NCBI GenBank assembly: GCA_965637545.1
Contig: OZ281495.1
Location: 19,592,001 to 19,656,000, forward strand
DNA from: Phallusia mammillata
Lineage: Eukaryota
Direction of reading: 5' to 3'
DNA length: 64,000 nucleotides
The translations under genes and the position numbers were made by a program. Positions 1 to 13,100 of this stretch are shown here, piece after piece. The first letter of the stretch is position 1. Each line of letters begins with the position of its first letter. Below the pieces are notes generated by a model. That model was not told the origin of the DNA. It saw only the letters and a program-made list of their open reading frames with translations, and did no database searches.

Positions 1-243
1 TTTTTTAAATAAGAATTCCAAGCAGAAGCAGGTATGTCAAAGAGCATTGCTTAGGCATGACAGTTCAGCTTCAGGTTACATGACTGCAGAAGACCGGTTA
101 ACCGTTAAAGGACTTAAAAGTGTTTTTCTCAAAATGAGTAAACAGTATTCATTTTCAATGTTAATTATGCTGTATTGCTTGAATAATTCTGTTCCAATAG
201 AGAGTTTAAAGCACCAATGTGGACAAAACCTATTACAATTTAG

Positions 244-2462
244 ATATTCAAGGACCATATAAATCGTTATTTGGGAATGTTTCATCCAACATGCGGCTTT
301 GTGATTGAACACTGCAATCGATACACCCTAGAAGATGGTGGAGCCAAAATCACTGCGACCAAAGATTGGTAAGTCTGACATTGGACTTTTGCATAAGCTA
401 ATAATAACATACAAATTATGTTTAGGTACAAGAATGACAAAATGAACTTGTTGGTTGGCTGCATTGCTGAGTTAACTCCAGAAGAAGAAGCGACCTTGTT
501 AATTCCAGGCAGAAATGATTTTAGTGTAATGTTTTCAACCAGAAAAAATTGCGCACAATTGTGGCTTGGTCCTGCATCATTTATAAATCATGGTAAACAT
601 AGAGAATTGTCTACATATGCCATTTAAAAAAAAATTAAACTTTTGTAACTTAACATTTTTGTAAAGACTGTCGACCAAATTGTTGCTTTGTTTCAACGGG
701 AAGAGATACTGCTTGTGTACGTGTACTTCGTGACATACAACCTGGTGAAGAAATTACTTGCTTTTATGGAGAATCATTTTTTGGAGATAAGAATTGTTTC
801 TGTGAATGTGAAACATGTGAAAGGTGCTTTACTTTTTAAAAAAATAATAATAAAATTTGCAGTTTTTTAAGAGCATTTTTTACAGACGCAAAACAGGTGC
901 ATTCCGGCCAAAGGATGGCTCAGGAAAACCATCAGACATTCCTATGACATTTAACAAAAAATATGGCTTGCGGGAAACAGACAAACGTCTAAACAGACTA
1001 TTAAGAAAAAACTCCTATGGTGTTAAGGTAATGGTGGATATTTTTGTCATCTCAACTATGTTTTAATTTCTTGACCCGTTTTCTTATAGTATGGAATGAT
1101 GCATTATCAAGATGATGGAAAATACATCACAAAACAGTTTTCAGGTGCTCGCGAGTCATCTCCAGTTTCCAGTGAATTCTCTGTTGGCTCAGAGGACAGT
1201 TCTGAATATTTTACCTGTTCCAGTGAAACAAATAGTTACACAGACTCTGATGTTGCATCCAATTCTTCAGAGGAAAGTGTCAAGCGTGTTGTGGGTGCCC
1301 TTGAATATGCAAAAGATTCAAAGAATGTTCTCTCTGCACATTTAGAACATAAAAAAGACTATGTACGAAACCCTAAAAAGCGTATTGCTGACCGAAATTT
1401 AAGGAGCAGTAAAAGAACTAAAGCTGCCAAACAATACACAAATATATTTGATCCATTCCACAATGATTTGTCTATTGAGGAACCGGTAGACATACCGTTA
1501 AATTCCGTTACTTCTGCAAGTAGCAGAAGAAAAAGCTCTGCTCCAGTAAAACTTCCTGGAGCAAGTAATTCTGCAATTACCTTGGTATCCAAAGGATTAA
1601 AGTTTGATACATTTTCCTCTCAAATATTGGCCGGCGCTGAATGTACCTCCTCCAAATCTGATGCAGCAAAAACTGTTTCAACAAATAACATTAGACGTAG
1701 TCCTCGCTTTGTAGCCTCCAAAGGGTATGGCCAACAGTACCAAAATGGTAAGAATCGATGTGAACATTGTTTTAAAATAATTTGTTTAATAGTGTACATT
1801 TGAAGACAAAAAGAACAAATATATATACATTATGTGTGTAACTTTCCACAGCACAGGAATCCAAAGATCTCCAACTTTCCCAAGAGTGCAGGTCTCAATC
1901 TGTGATGGTAGAGCAAGAATATTACCGGCAAGATTTAAAAAGTATCTTGCCTTACACAGCAGTTGATAATGCCACTCAAAGCACAACCCCACGTAATGTG
2001 TGGGTTGACACAGGCTTGCTTGAAAGCTGCACAAATGTTGAGGGAAGATTGGTGCGACGAGAGCATCTTAAACTCAACCATGGCCACAGTAGGTCCACAT
2101 CTGCAAAAACTGATTGCTGGATACAGCACCCAACACAAATGGAATCTTTGCCAATGCTAGTTCCTGTCAAACTCGGTGGTGTCTCACATCTTCCCACTAG
2201 AAATGATTCTCAAAAAAGTGACATGAATGCTGGAGGCAAGAGGAGTTATGACAAAGTGTCTGTCGCTATTCCAGTACTGCACTATGATTTAAAAAAATCT
2301 GAAAAGACTGTCAATGGCATTCCCAAATTGACCCTACGGCGCAGAGACAGATCCAGGTACACATTGAGAGGGGGTAAGCACAGCCCTAAAAAAGTGCCAA
2401 CCAAGCGATTGCGTTTGATAGTTGGAAGTGAATCTATCAACATTGACTTGAACCAACAATAG
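244..2462 (+). CDS. KMT5B: Histone H4K20 methyltransferase SUV420H1/2 (KMT5B/C) family, 5'-incomplete (upstream exons not resolved or outside the window)
   Basis: GT-AG exons 244-368, 426-592, 667-823, 886-1027, 1090-1747 and 1852-2462 splice in frame. They give SET/post-SET motifs typical of SUV420H: '[26 protein letters not shown]', '[32 protein letters not shown]', '[27 protein letters not shown]' and '[14 protein letters not shown]'. Confidence 0.93.
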
Positions 2463-3446
2463 CAGACAAAATGTTTTTGCATTGTTAATCACTGTTGACC
2501 TTTGTTAAAGAAATATTGATTCACTGTAAACCATATGCAAGGATGTTTTGTTGTGGCGTCATTAATCATGTGCTATTGCGAAGGCTAACGTACCGAGTAT
2601 TTATTAAGTTCATTTGTTTCGATTTCTTTTAAATTTGTGGCCAGATTCCTGGGTGTTGTGCTATAACAACGCTAATTATTTGCAAAACGCAAGGAGCTAA
2701 CTGCAACACTGATTTTCACAATTTGTTTTCCACGATAAGGTGTTGTGGATGCCTGTCTTGAACTTTGTTGTGTTTTTCTTTTGTTTTTGTTTGAAAACTT
2801 TTTTGTCATGTTGTTTGTTACTTGTCGCTCAATAAAGACTCCCTCGCACGTAAATAAAACTTGTGTGGTCGACTGGACGTACAAACATGCCCGCCATGAA
2901 GAACGCTGTTACTTAATGATACTGAAAAAATCTGATTGGAGTGAATAAAACAGCGTACGGCGTAAACATTCTTCCGGGGGCATATATTACGATTTTTGTG
3001 TGGCAAGAGATTAATTGGAAATGCTAAACAAACGTTGTATATTTAGCGAAATTTTCATCACACAAAATACTATGTTTTGGTTGGAACACAAGTGATGATG
3101 CCATTAAATATTGTCATATGTTAGTTGGTTGTACTCCACTCGTTAAAGCTACCTCGAAGTTTGGAATTTACTAAAAATTTACAAAGCAAATTTGTTGTTT
3201 GACCAACACAAAGCAGCATCCACATTAGCCTGTTTTTGTAAATCCGAAAAAAAGCTTCAAAGACTGTGAAATTACAGCGTACAAAAACTTATTGAAGGCC
3301 CATTTTCAACTATTGTGAATAGCGATAAAAATTAGTGCTAAATTTGCGCTTTTACGATAAAGTATTTTTTTAATTGTGAAAACTAAAATGTTTCGATTAA
3401 CAAAAAAGAGTTTGTGCTGTGAAACTTGCTGGGGTCGGGGTGTCTT

Positions 3447-3650
3447 CAGTGGTGGGATTCAAATTTTTTGCCAGCCGGTTCTATCACAAAGTCATATTTT
3501 TCAGTCAGTTCTGTTACTAAAAGTCCATTGACAGTAACCAGTTATGCTAACCAGTTCGCTGATCTCATAAAATTTTGTAAGACGGTTCTATAGAACCGGT
3601 GCGAACCGGCTGTGCATCGATTTTCATGATCGAGCTGAATCCCACCACCG
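3447..3650. mobile_element. hAT-type MITE
   Basis: TIRs CAGTGGTGGGATTCA / TGAATCCCACCACCG (14/15 match). Perfect 8-bp TSD GGTGTCTT at 3439-3446 and 3651-3658. Internal AACCGG(T/C) motifs. Confidence 0.9.
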
Positions 3651-3843
3651 GGTGTCTTCAAACTGATCTACTCAGCAGCTTTTGCATTAGGGATCTGTGG
3701 GTCTATTTTGTTGCTGTACAGATTTGCACCGAGATTGCATTTTTTGTAATCCTATCAAAAAACATTCAAGTATAATTTCTTCGAAAAGTTTTAAGGCTGA
3801 TCGAAAAAAAGGTAGTTTGTATTGTTTTGGTTTCTTTGTGCTC

Positions 3844-3874
3844 GTGACGTCACAGAATAGTGGTTTGTGATTGG
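3844..3874 (+). promoter_or_regulatory. Putative hnRNPUL1 proximal promoter: CRE palindrome plus inverted CCAAT box
   Basis: GTGACGTCAC at 3844-3853 and ATTGG at 3870-3874, about 0.3 kb upstream of the ATG at 4150. Motif match only. Confidence 0.45.
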
Positions 3875-4149
3875 CTGAAATTTTAGAGCACCAGAAGAAC
3901 GTGGGTTGTCGGCGCTTGTTTGCTTCGCTTGAGTCAAGCGATACTATAAATTTTGCAACTGATGTCCGTTGTTGGATTGCAAAAAGCTGCATGAGAAAAC
4001 ATTAGTAGATTTCCGTAGTAACGTATTGCTGTTTTTTTCCTGTTGTGCCGCATTTGTATATTTGTTTGTTAAATAACACTATGAATTGCGTTTCACAGAG
4101 GCGACAAAGATTTGCATCTGTAGGCTGGAAACTAGTATTCAAATAGAAG

Positions 4150-7100
4150 ATGTCGGACATAAATCCCAAAAAGCTAAAGGTGGCTGAATTAAAAGCCGAA
4201 TTGGAGTCAAGAAATATCCAAGTTGGAAAAGGACTCAAAAAAGCTGATCTGGTTGCAATGTTAATGTCTGCACTTGAAAGTAACTTTCAATTGTTTCTTT
4301 TTTGGCACAAAAGCTGACATTTAATAACATAACCAATAAATTTGGTACATTAGAATATTTTTTGTTTTATAAATTTTTTTGTTAGTTTTCTTTTGTATTT
4401 TTTCGTAATGCCTGTTGCCGGCTTCTAAGCCTGTAAAATGTGATCATCTAAAAATAATAATAGTTTTGCTGTATTATTTTAAATGTTTTTTTTGGCTTGG
4501 TGATTATTCTGTCACTGATAATGAATGATCTAAACTTATGTATTCATTTCAGGTGAAGTTGGACCACTGTCTGAGTCCATGCTCAGTGAAGGCGACACTG
4601 AGGTGATTGTGAAAGTTGGGCATGGCTTTACCTGCAATATTTGCTTGTAAATTATAATTAGTATCAGGGGTCCAAAGTCACAGACAAGACACAAAAGCTG
4701 AGACACAAAAGCTTATAAGAGAGAAAAAAAATATTTTAAAATTAAGCTGAGCAATGAGCATTCATTTCACCTGCATATATCTCATACAAAAATGCACACA
4801 CAACTGTAAAACATACACCCTTCAAACAATAAATAATGTTTGGCAAAATAGGGAAGAAACCAAGCAGTTGGTTCTTAGTATTAATCTGAAATCATATATT
4901 TTTGTTAATTCAGGCAGAGGAAAGTATATCTGAAGATGTTGGAAGTCAAGATGAAAGTGTCATTGCACAAGTAGGTTTTCAAAAATGTGTTGTTGTTGTT
5001 TTAGCTTGTTGAGTGTATAACTAACCATTGCTCTTGTACAATGCAGAACCAAAATGAAGAAACAACGTCGGTGGAGCAAAATACAGGTTATTTTTTTCTT
5101 TTGGTACACAAACACATCGTAAAATCACCAAAATAACTTTCGTGTTTTATAAACATGATTACTAAAATGTGTCATTAGATTTGTGACAAATTCCATAAAG
5201 TTTACATGTTCACTGTGCAGCTGATAAATCGTATTAGATTATAACACTATAAATATATATATATTATATTTTTAGTTGAGGCCGATGCAGACCAAAAGCC
5301 TGAAGTTTCTGACCTCGATAAGAATGAAGAACCAATGCAAGAATGTGAGACTCTTCCACCTGTTGTTGAAGAAGAGAAGGCACCTTCAACTGAAACTGTA
5401 GAAAATATTCCCTCTCAACCTGATGAAGTTGTTTCTACATTGAATAATAACCAGGCAGAAGCAGAGAGTGCAGAAATTGAATCCACATCAGAGCAAGTTG
5501 AAAAAGAAGAAGAGCCTGTGGCTACTGAAACTCAAGAGGTGTGATGAATATGTGAAAAATATGAAATTTTATTTTGAAAAAACAAGCCAATATAATTTTG
5601 AAAAACATTTTAATTCTTTCATGTTTTTAAATGAAAAATATGTGGAAAGTTGTCAAAACATCATGTTTTTCACAAAGGATTGATTTGTTTTTTCGAATTT
5701 TTATGACTTGTGTACTTAGATAACGGATTTCAATTTGAAGTATATGTGTTGTTTTTTATTCAAGAAATCTATACATTTTTCTTTTCAAGAGTTGTTTTTT
5801 GTACTAATGTTTGTTATCTGTTTCTAATAAATCTTTTTCCAGCTAATATAAAACAAATTTTATGTGTCAAAATATATCAACCTAAATACTGTGTTGTCCA
5901 TGTAGAACACAAGCATGGAAGGTGTGCAAGAGGAGCAAGAAAAACAACCTGAACAAATGGAACAAGAAAATGAAGCAATTCCAGAAGCAGAACAAGTAAC
6001 ACAAAAAGAAAATGGTGAAGCAATGGAGAGTAAAGAGAATGAAGATAGTAATAACGAGATATTTTTTTGTTAGTCTGTGAATGAACTTTACGTTAAATGT
6101 GCTATTTATAGAAACTGGGGATCAGCCCAAAACTGATGAAACTTCTGATCAAGTGGAATCCCAAGCATCTGATTCAACTGATCAAGAAACCCCAAGTGCT
6201 GAAACCAATGATGGTAAACACAAACATTTTGATGTAGACTTTTGCTGCCTGCAAACTCCTGTTAGGTCACCAATAGACTGTATATATGTTGTGCACAGAC
6301 AAAAAGCCAGATGGGCGGGATCAAGATAGTTCACAGCGTAAGAGGCGGTATGACGACGAAAGAAGGCAAAGATATGAGGAGAGGTAAAATTTTAGGTTTC
6401 CTTTTTTACACAAAGACATGAATGTTTTTCTTTTAGTTTATTTTTCATGATTTGATTGTATTTTGAAAATTTTATGAATGAATAATATATCATTAAAATT
6501 TATGTTAAGTAAATAATATGTTAAATTGTGACCCTTTTCAACAAATGACTGGCCACCAAATCATGTAACTTTAAAAATGTTTAAAAATAGATTTCTTTTA
6601 AAATACATTATAATTGTTTTGCTGGTTTGCCTAAAATATGATCTACACTTAGGTATGTTGTGCCTCCTGAGGAGCCTGAAGAAGAATTTGATGACAGTCT
6701 TGTTGTGTTTGACAATTATAACTGTGATATGAATATTAAGGTTAGTAAAGAAGTCACCTATTTTCAGAATTATTTCTTTATCTGTTTACAACACAAATAA
6801 GGGAAACAGTTGGTTTTATCATACAACATTTTTTGTTTGATCATCCCACAGCTACATCGTGATCGGCTTACTGCAACACCACTTACACTTGAAGGTTTTG
6901 CTTATCTGTGGGCTGGAATAAGAGCAACCTATGGAGTTACCAGTGGCAAAGTGTGTTTTGAATGCAAGGTAACACAAACAAAATTTAATTTTGCCAATAG
7001 GGTACTTTTATTTTGTTTGAACCATAGATAAAGTGCATAATATACACGTAGTATGGGTTTTCAGCCTATTTAACATTCAATAATTTTTAGAAGCATAATA

Positions 7101-10100
7101 TGTACAGCATAATTTTTTAGAAAATAATTTTATTTTTACTTTACCAAGATAACAGAGGAGCAATCAGTGAGACATCTTCCATCAGATGAGACTCATCCCC
7201 ATGTTGTTAGATTGGGTTGGTCCACCAAGACCAATTCCTACATGTTGGGCGAAGAAGAAAACTCATTTGCTTACTGTGGTACAGCAAAAGCAGTACACAA
7301 GGGCACATGTGAAACCTATGGTGAAACATTCAAAGAAGGAGATGTCATTGGCTGCTATTTGGTATGCTAACAAAATCTAATATTGACTTTTTGTGATAAT
7401 GTTGTCAACTAATACCAATATTGTAAAGTGAGTCAGTCACAACGGAAACTGTTGAACAAAATTTCAGTGTACACAAACAAGTGCAGTGGACAAAATTTTG
7501 TTATTTCTGCTTATAGGACCTCATTGACAATGAAACGCTCACTATCAGCTACACTAAAAATGGAGTCTGTCTGGGAACAGCATTTACACATGACAAGTCC
7601 AAGCTAAATGAGGAAGCACTTTTTCCACATGTGTTAAGTAAAAACACGTCTGTTGAGTGCAATTTTGGCCAAAAGGTTTGTCATTTTCTTATTCCTTAAG
7701 TGTTCTGAGATTGTAAAAAATAAAAATAAGTTGCCATTATTAGTGTTTGATCAGCAAAGGCCACTAAAACATTTTTGGAGATAGTTTGGTATTTCAATCA
7801 GTACATTAATGCATCAATGAAATTGTAACAATTTTACAACTATGACATTTAAAATCATGCAGGAATCTCCATACTTTCCACACCCTGAGGAATTGACTGA
7901 ATATTCTTTTATTTCTACTGTCCCACTGGAGGAAAGGGTGCGTGGAACAAAGGGACCTGCATCCAGAAAAGACTGTGAGGTAGAAAATCAATCTAAAATT
8001 TTCGTGCTGTCACCCATAGGTATTCAGCATTTATGATGTGACATATAATGTTACCATGTCTTGTACAGTATTGCTAAAAAAAGTTTGCATTGTAATGCTG
8101 TTAAACTTTGCACTAGCATAGTTTAAACTGTGTTAATTTTACAGGTTTTGATGTTGTGTGGTCTACCTGGTTGTGGAAAGACTTACTACGCAAACCAACA
8201 AGTCACTGAAAACTTAGACAAGAAATACAACATTTTGGGGACTAATGCTATTCTTAAACGAATGAGGGTAAGTATGCTACATCTGCATTTTTTCATATCG
8301 TAGTAGTTGAGTGTAAATATACAGAGTTGCTTGCAAATGCTGTGACCATTAGTCGCTATAGAGTAGGACTGTTATCAAACAAAAACAAAACTTTAACAAA
8401 CGTTTATTTGATAGCAGCCCAGTATGTGGATGTAGCTTGCTGCCAAATCGTGTTGTTTGATTTACAACGGCACAAAAAAGTTACTATGCCAATTCTCAAA
8501 AGACTAATCGTTTAATATTAAAATTATCAAAACTCTCTTTGCTAAGGTGACTGGCATATTGATGAACAACAATCGATCAGCTAATGAGTTACTTATGCAG
8601 CATGCAGCCAACTGTCTCAACAGACTCTTCCAAATTGCTTGTCGCAAACGTCGGAACTACATCTTGGACCAGGTAATAAGATTTTACTTAAGATTGCAAA
8701 CAGTCTTTTAGTTTCAGGTACCCCATCTGCATTTGATGATCATCAACACCTTACAAACACACATACACACACATACACACATACACACATACACACATAC
8801 ACACATACACACATACACACATACACACACACACAAATATACACTCATAACATTTTGCCAAATTGTTTCCTGTTAAAAATTTTATTGATGAATGGACAAA
8901 TTTAAGAATAAGTAAAATTGTGATTTTTGTATTTTTTAACTACGGGGGCCATCTTTTGTCTACATTCCTGTGCAAGGTTTGAGAGATTTCACTTGTAACA
9001 TATTTGAAATGTATTAGTTACTAAATCTTAAAATTATGACATAAACCAGCTTAACCAATGCTCACCGATACTAAACATGAAAACAAATGGAATCAATTGA
9101 CCTGAAGACATGATGAAGATCTTTCTGTTCGAACTGACATGTATGATTTTCACATGTTTATTGAATTTTAGCAATAATGCTTAACTGCAAGGCACAGAAC
9201 ATACAATTAAATTTTTAATATTAATTGGTAATTTTGTTGTGCACATTCAAACTGCAGTTTAAGGGTCTGAATTTTTATGGATTTAATTTACCCAATTTTA
9301 CCCAATATTTTGTGCCTTGGCTGTTTCTTCTGTTTTTGTATTAAGTTTATAAATGTTGTACTGTTTGTAAACAAAATTATAGCCTAATATATATTATAAT
9401 ATATTGCTGTTAAATGTCTTGTTTTTTATTCATGTGTCACACTTTACAAAATGTTACTCACACATACACATGCAATACCACAACACAAAAAGTAACTTTT
9501 GCAGGTAAGCGGTAAGTATGTAGACTAGGTCATGTTGCTGCCCTCCTAACAGTGACTGTGATTATATTATTTCAGATTGAAAATGCCAAATTGGCATTAG
9601 TGGGTTATTTGCAAAATCTAAACCAAGTTCTTGTTATTTTTCTTTCCACGTATTTATCACCCACGGCAAATGCAACAAATAGACAAATGTGTATTCTTCT
9701 GCACAAAGACGCAAAATGCGTCCGTTTGAGGGCTTTCAACGAAAGGCAATTGTAATTGTACCTTCTGACGAAGAATATAAAAGTCGTGTGGATAAACGAA
9801 CTAAAGATGAGGGCAAAGAGATACCTGATATTGCTGTTTATGAAATGAAAGGTATTTTTGGAAGAGTAACCTTCTGGGCAAATGAGTCCATTCTTTCACC
9901 GTATGTGTTATGTACCTTACTTTAAGACTGACAGTGCCCAATGCTGCATAGCACACAGGATTGGAAACTGTCAACAACAAAGTGCACGACCTTAAAATCA
10001 ATTTACCAAAAACTAAGTGACAATTTTGGAAAACAAGTTTTGTTTTGGTTGGGTCGTGCACTTGTTGTTTTTAAATGCAGCCAACAGAGTCTCATTTTGT

Positions 10101-13100
10101 GTTTGTCACTGTTTAGCAAACTTCTCCATTCCTGAAGTCGGGGATCTTTTCAACGATGTTGTCTTTACTGAACTAGACAAGGAGGAATCGGCTAAGGTGA
10201 TTGAAAAGTACCAGGCTGAAGCCAAGAAAATGGGTCCACCACCAGAAAAGCGTTCTCGGGGTAAGAATATTTCCTACAATAAACTTAACCTAGCAGGCTA
10301 GCAGCTTGTTTATGCACTTTTGACATTTTAAATTTTTGACCCAATAGATAGTATAGTGATGTAAATAACTATTGTCATATCATACAAGTAGATAAAATGG
10401 TCTCATAATGAAAGCCACCCATCAAAGTTGATTTGGTGCATGAAGACAAAATATCTATGATCAGATTGAAAATTTTAAATGTTGAAATTGTGTTGTAACA
10501 CTGGGGCCAAATCATTATTATCTAAAATAGCATTCAGGAAATAATGCTCAGGTCACACGTCCTATATCATTTTGTTTGTACTAACTTGTAAACAGATGAC
10601 TTTTTATTTAGTTTACAATATATATATATATATATAATGTGTGTGTGTTAAATGGATACGTGAATTTTTGTGATTTCTAGATTATGAGAATCGCAGAGGA
10701 GGATGGAACAGTGGTGGAGGTTACAATGACGGTGGTATGATGCAAAGAATGCCTTATCGAGGCGGAAGAGGGGGTTATGGTGGAGGAGGAAATTACAATC
10801 GCTATGGAGGGAATCAAGGAAATTATGGTGGAGGTGGTGGAAAAAGTATAAAAAATAGGGTGTTTAATGTATCTCTGTTATTTTGGCTTTAGGTCTTTTT
10901 CAGTGTAGAACTAAAACAATTTTCTCTTGTTTATTCGGACTTATCTTGTATCTTTGTACATTAGGTGGGAGCTACAATGATCGTAGAGGCTATGGAGGTG
11001 GATATGGTGGCGGCAGTGGTGGTGGATACAACAACAACAAAGGTAATTTCCAACTTAGCCTAAATTATAGATAAATCTTTTCCTTCATAGCTTACGTCAG
11101 TGGTTCTCAAACTTTTGTTTGTTGCGACGCCTCTGGAAAAGTTTTCTGGACTTGCGACGCACCAGCAAATAAAAGTTAATGAGGAAACTTATTATTAAAG
11201 TTGTGTTTATTGATACAACAACAAAAAGCCACGAAACGGAACTATTCTGCGACGCCCTCGGAAAATTGAAACGACGCACCAGGGCGTCGCGACGAGACGG
11301 GCATGCGAGCGTTTTTTGCACAATGTGCTCGAAAATGTGCAGGTCGAAATGTGCGCACATTTTTCGAAAATGTGCAGGTGCCAAAATGTGCAGGTCAAAA
11401 TGTGCAGGTGCCGAAATGTGCAAGTCATAATGTGCAGGTGCCAAAATGTGCAGTCGCTCAAATGAAGTATTGATATTTAACGTCAAACTATTGTTGTGGT
11501 CATAAATTGTGCCAAAAATATTAGTTATAAGTTATGACCTATAAATTAAAATCGGATTTAAGAGAAACTTGTAAAAATGCATGTTGTGTTTGTTAGATAT
11601 GGCAAAGCGTGAAATTATCTAGCATTCAGGAAATAGGAAACACTGTTTTTCAGACTAGATATGTACACGATCGTCACCTCAATCGGTTTGACTTTATTGT
11701 TTTTAATTTAAGGCCTGTTAGCTTGTAGCCTGCCCAGCTTCTATAGATTTTACAATTAGACAATAGTATACTCATATGACAGTCCAGCTATTGTTTCCGT
11801 CACGCTTGATTAACACTACACGCTTGTCGGATGCTTGCATTGAGTTTGGTGCTTTAAGAGCAAGCAAATGACAAAGCTGGGCTTGTATGGTCAGATTTAT
11901 GCATCTACCCTGTATAATGTTACTACGTGGTTGTGATTGTGCTGTTGGAGAGTATTTAATGTACGTTTTATCTTTTTAGTACTTCTTTAAACGCTTTGAA
12001 GTGATTTTACCTAACATATTAAAGGGTGCATAAAGTTTATTACTAATTGATTTAAAGTCTGGTAAAAATAGAACTTTCCTAACTGGCTGTATCTTTGAAC
12101 TGATGTTCAACGACTTTGGCCTCGACCAGGAACTCTGGACAGACGAAAGGTCAAGCTTGAACAAAGATCATGTTTTTTTCCAAAGTTACTCATTTTAAAC
12201 TGTCAACAAAGGGTAAATTTTGTGAATCAAAAATTAAGTTTATTTGAAGAAAAATTCAAGGCACCAAAACAATTGCTAGACATCATAACCACCAAGGAAA
12301 CTGGTGCAGAAAACACAAGTCAAATTGCTATGATAAGTAACAAAGAGTTAGACACAACAGAGTATTTATGAGGATATGTTTTTTCAAGGCAAAAAACTAG
12401 TTTACGGAAGTTATCAAAATTGTCAGCATGTTGTCAACCATGCGACCACAGGGCCAGCTGATTTCTTTAGTGGAGCCAAAGTCTGGAGGTCTCGCTTATC
12501 CTTTTATGAGTTACTGCAACTTTTACAAAGTGCGTAAATGCCTGACAGGATGTTTACGGCCAGCCAACAAGCTAGATTTTTACTGCATTGCAAAAGTTAC
12601 ACTGATCCTCACAGAGTTTCCAAAAAAGACATATGTGAAATTCTAGAAGTTGCTGGACTACCATATGAGTATACTGTTATTAAACTCAAAACCAAGTCAA
12701 AGACCCAGCTGTCCAGTGATTTTTATTCAATGAAACAAATGAATTATTAGAAAGTTTTCCATCCTTTGGGTTATACTGCACAATTGACAAAAGGACTATA
12801 TATGTGTCTTTGGAAGAAACTCAAATGACAACATTCAAAAAGAAAAGGACAACCACACAGTTGCCCAACTTAATGTTTGACATTTTTTATTTGTTTGAGG
12901 CTCATTTACATGACATAACTTGGTATATGGGTATTTAATTAGGTTAGTTTTGAAACCCACACAAATACTTGATGTGATGCCCTAATTTTAAGTTTGCTAA
13001 AACATTCATGTTATTGCTTCTGACTTGCTATTGTGTGGACCAGATGGCTAAAAAGACCTACTGTAGGAATATCATAATACACCAAAATATCATTAGATGC

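Noticed and set aside
2462-4150. Possible ascidian-type operon linking SUV420H and hnRNPUL1 (same strand)
   Set aside because: The 1.7-kb spacer contains a MITE and separate promoter-like motifs, unlike the near-zero spacing of ascidian operons.
8639-8905. 88-aa ORF rich in THTY repeats
   Set aside because: It is the translation of an intronic AC microsatellite.
9110-9140. C/D-box-like ATGATGA...CTGA in an hnRNPUL1 intron
   Set aside because: The boxes are only ~17 nt apart, too short for a snoRNA.
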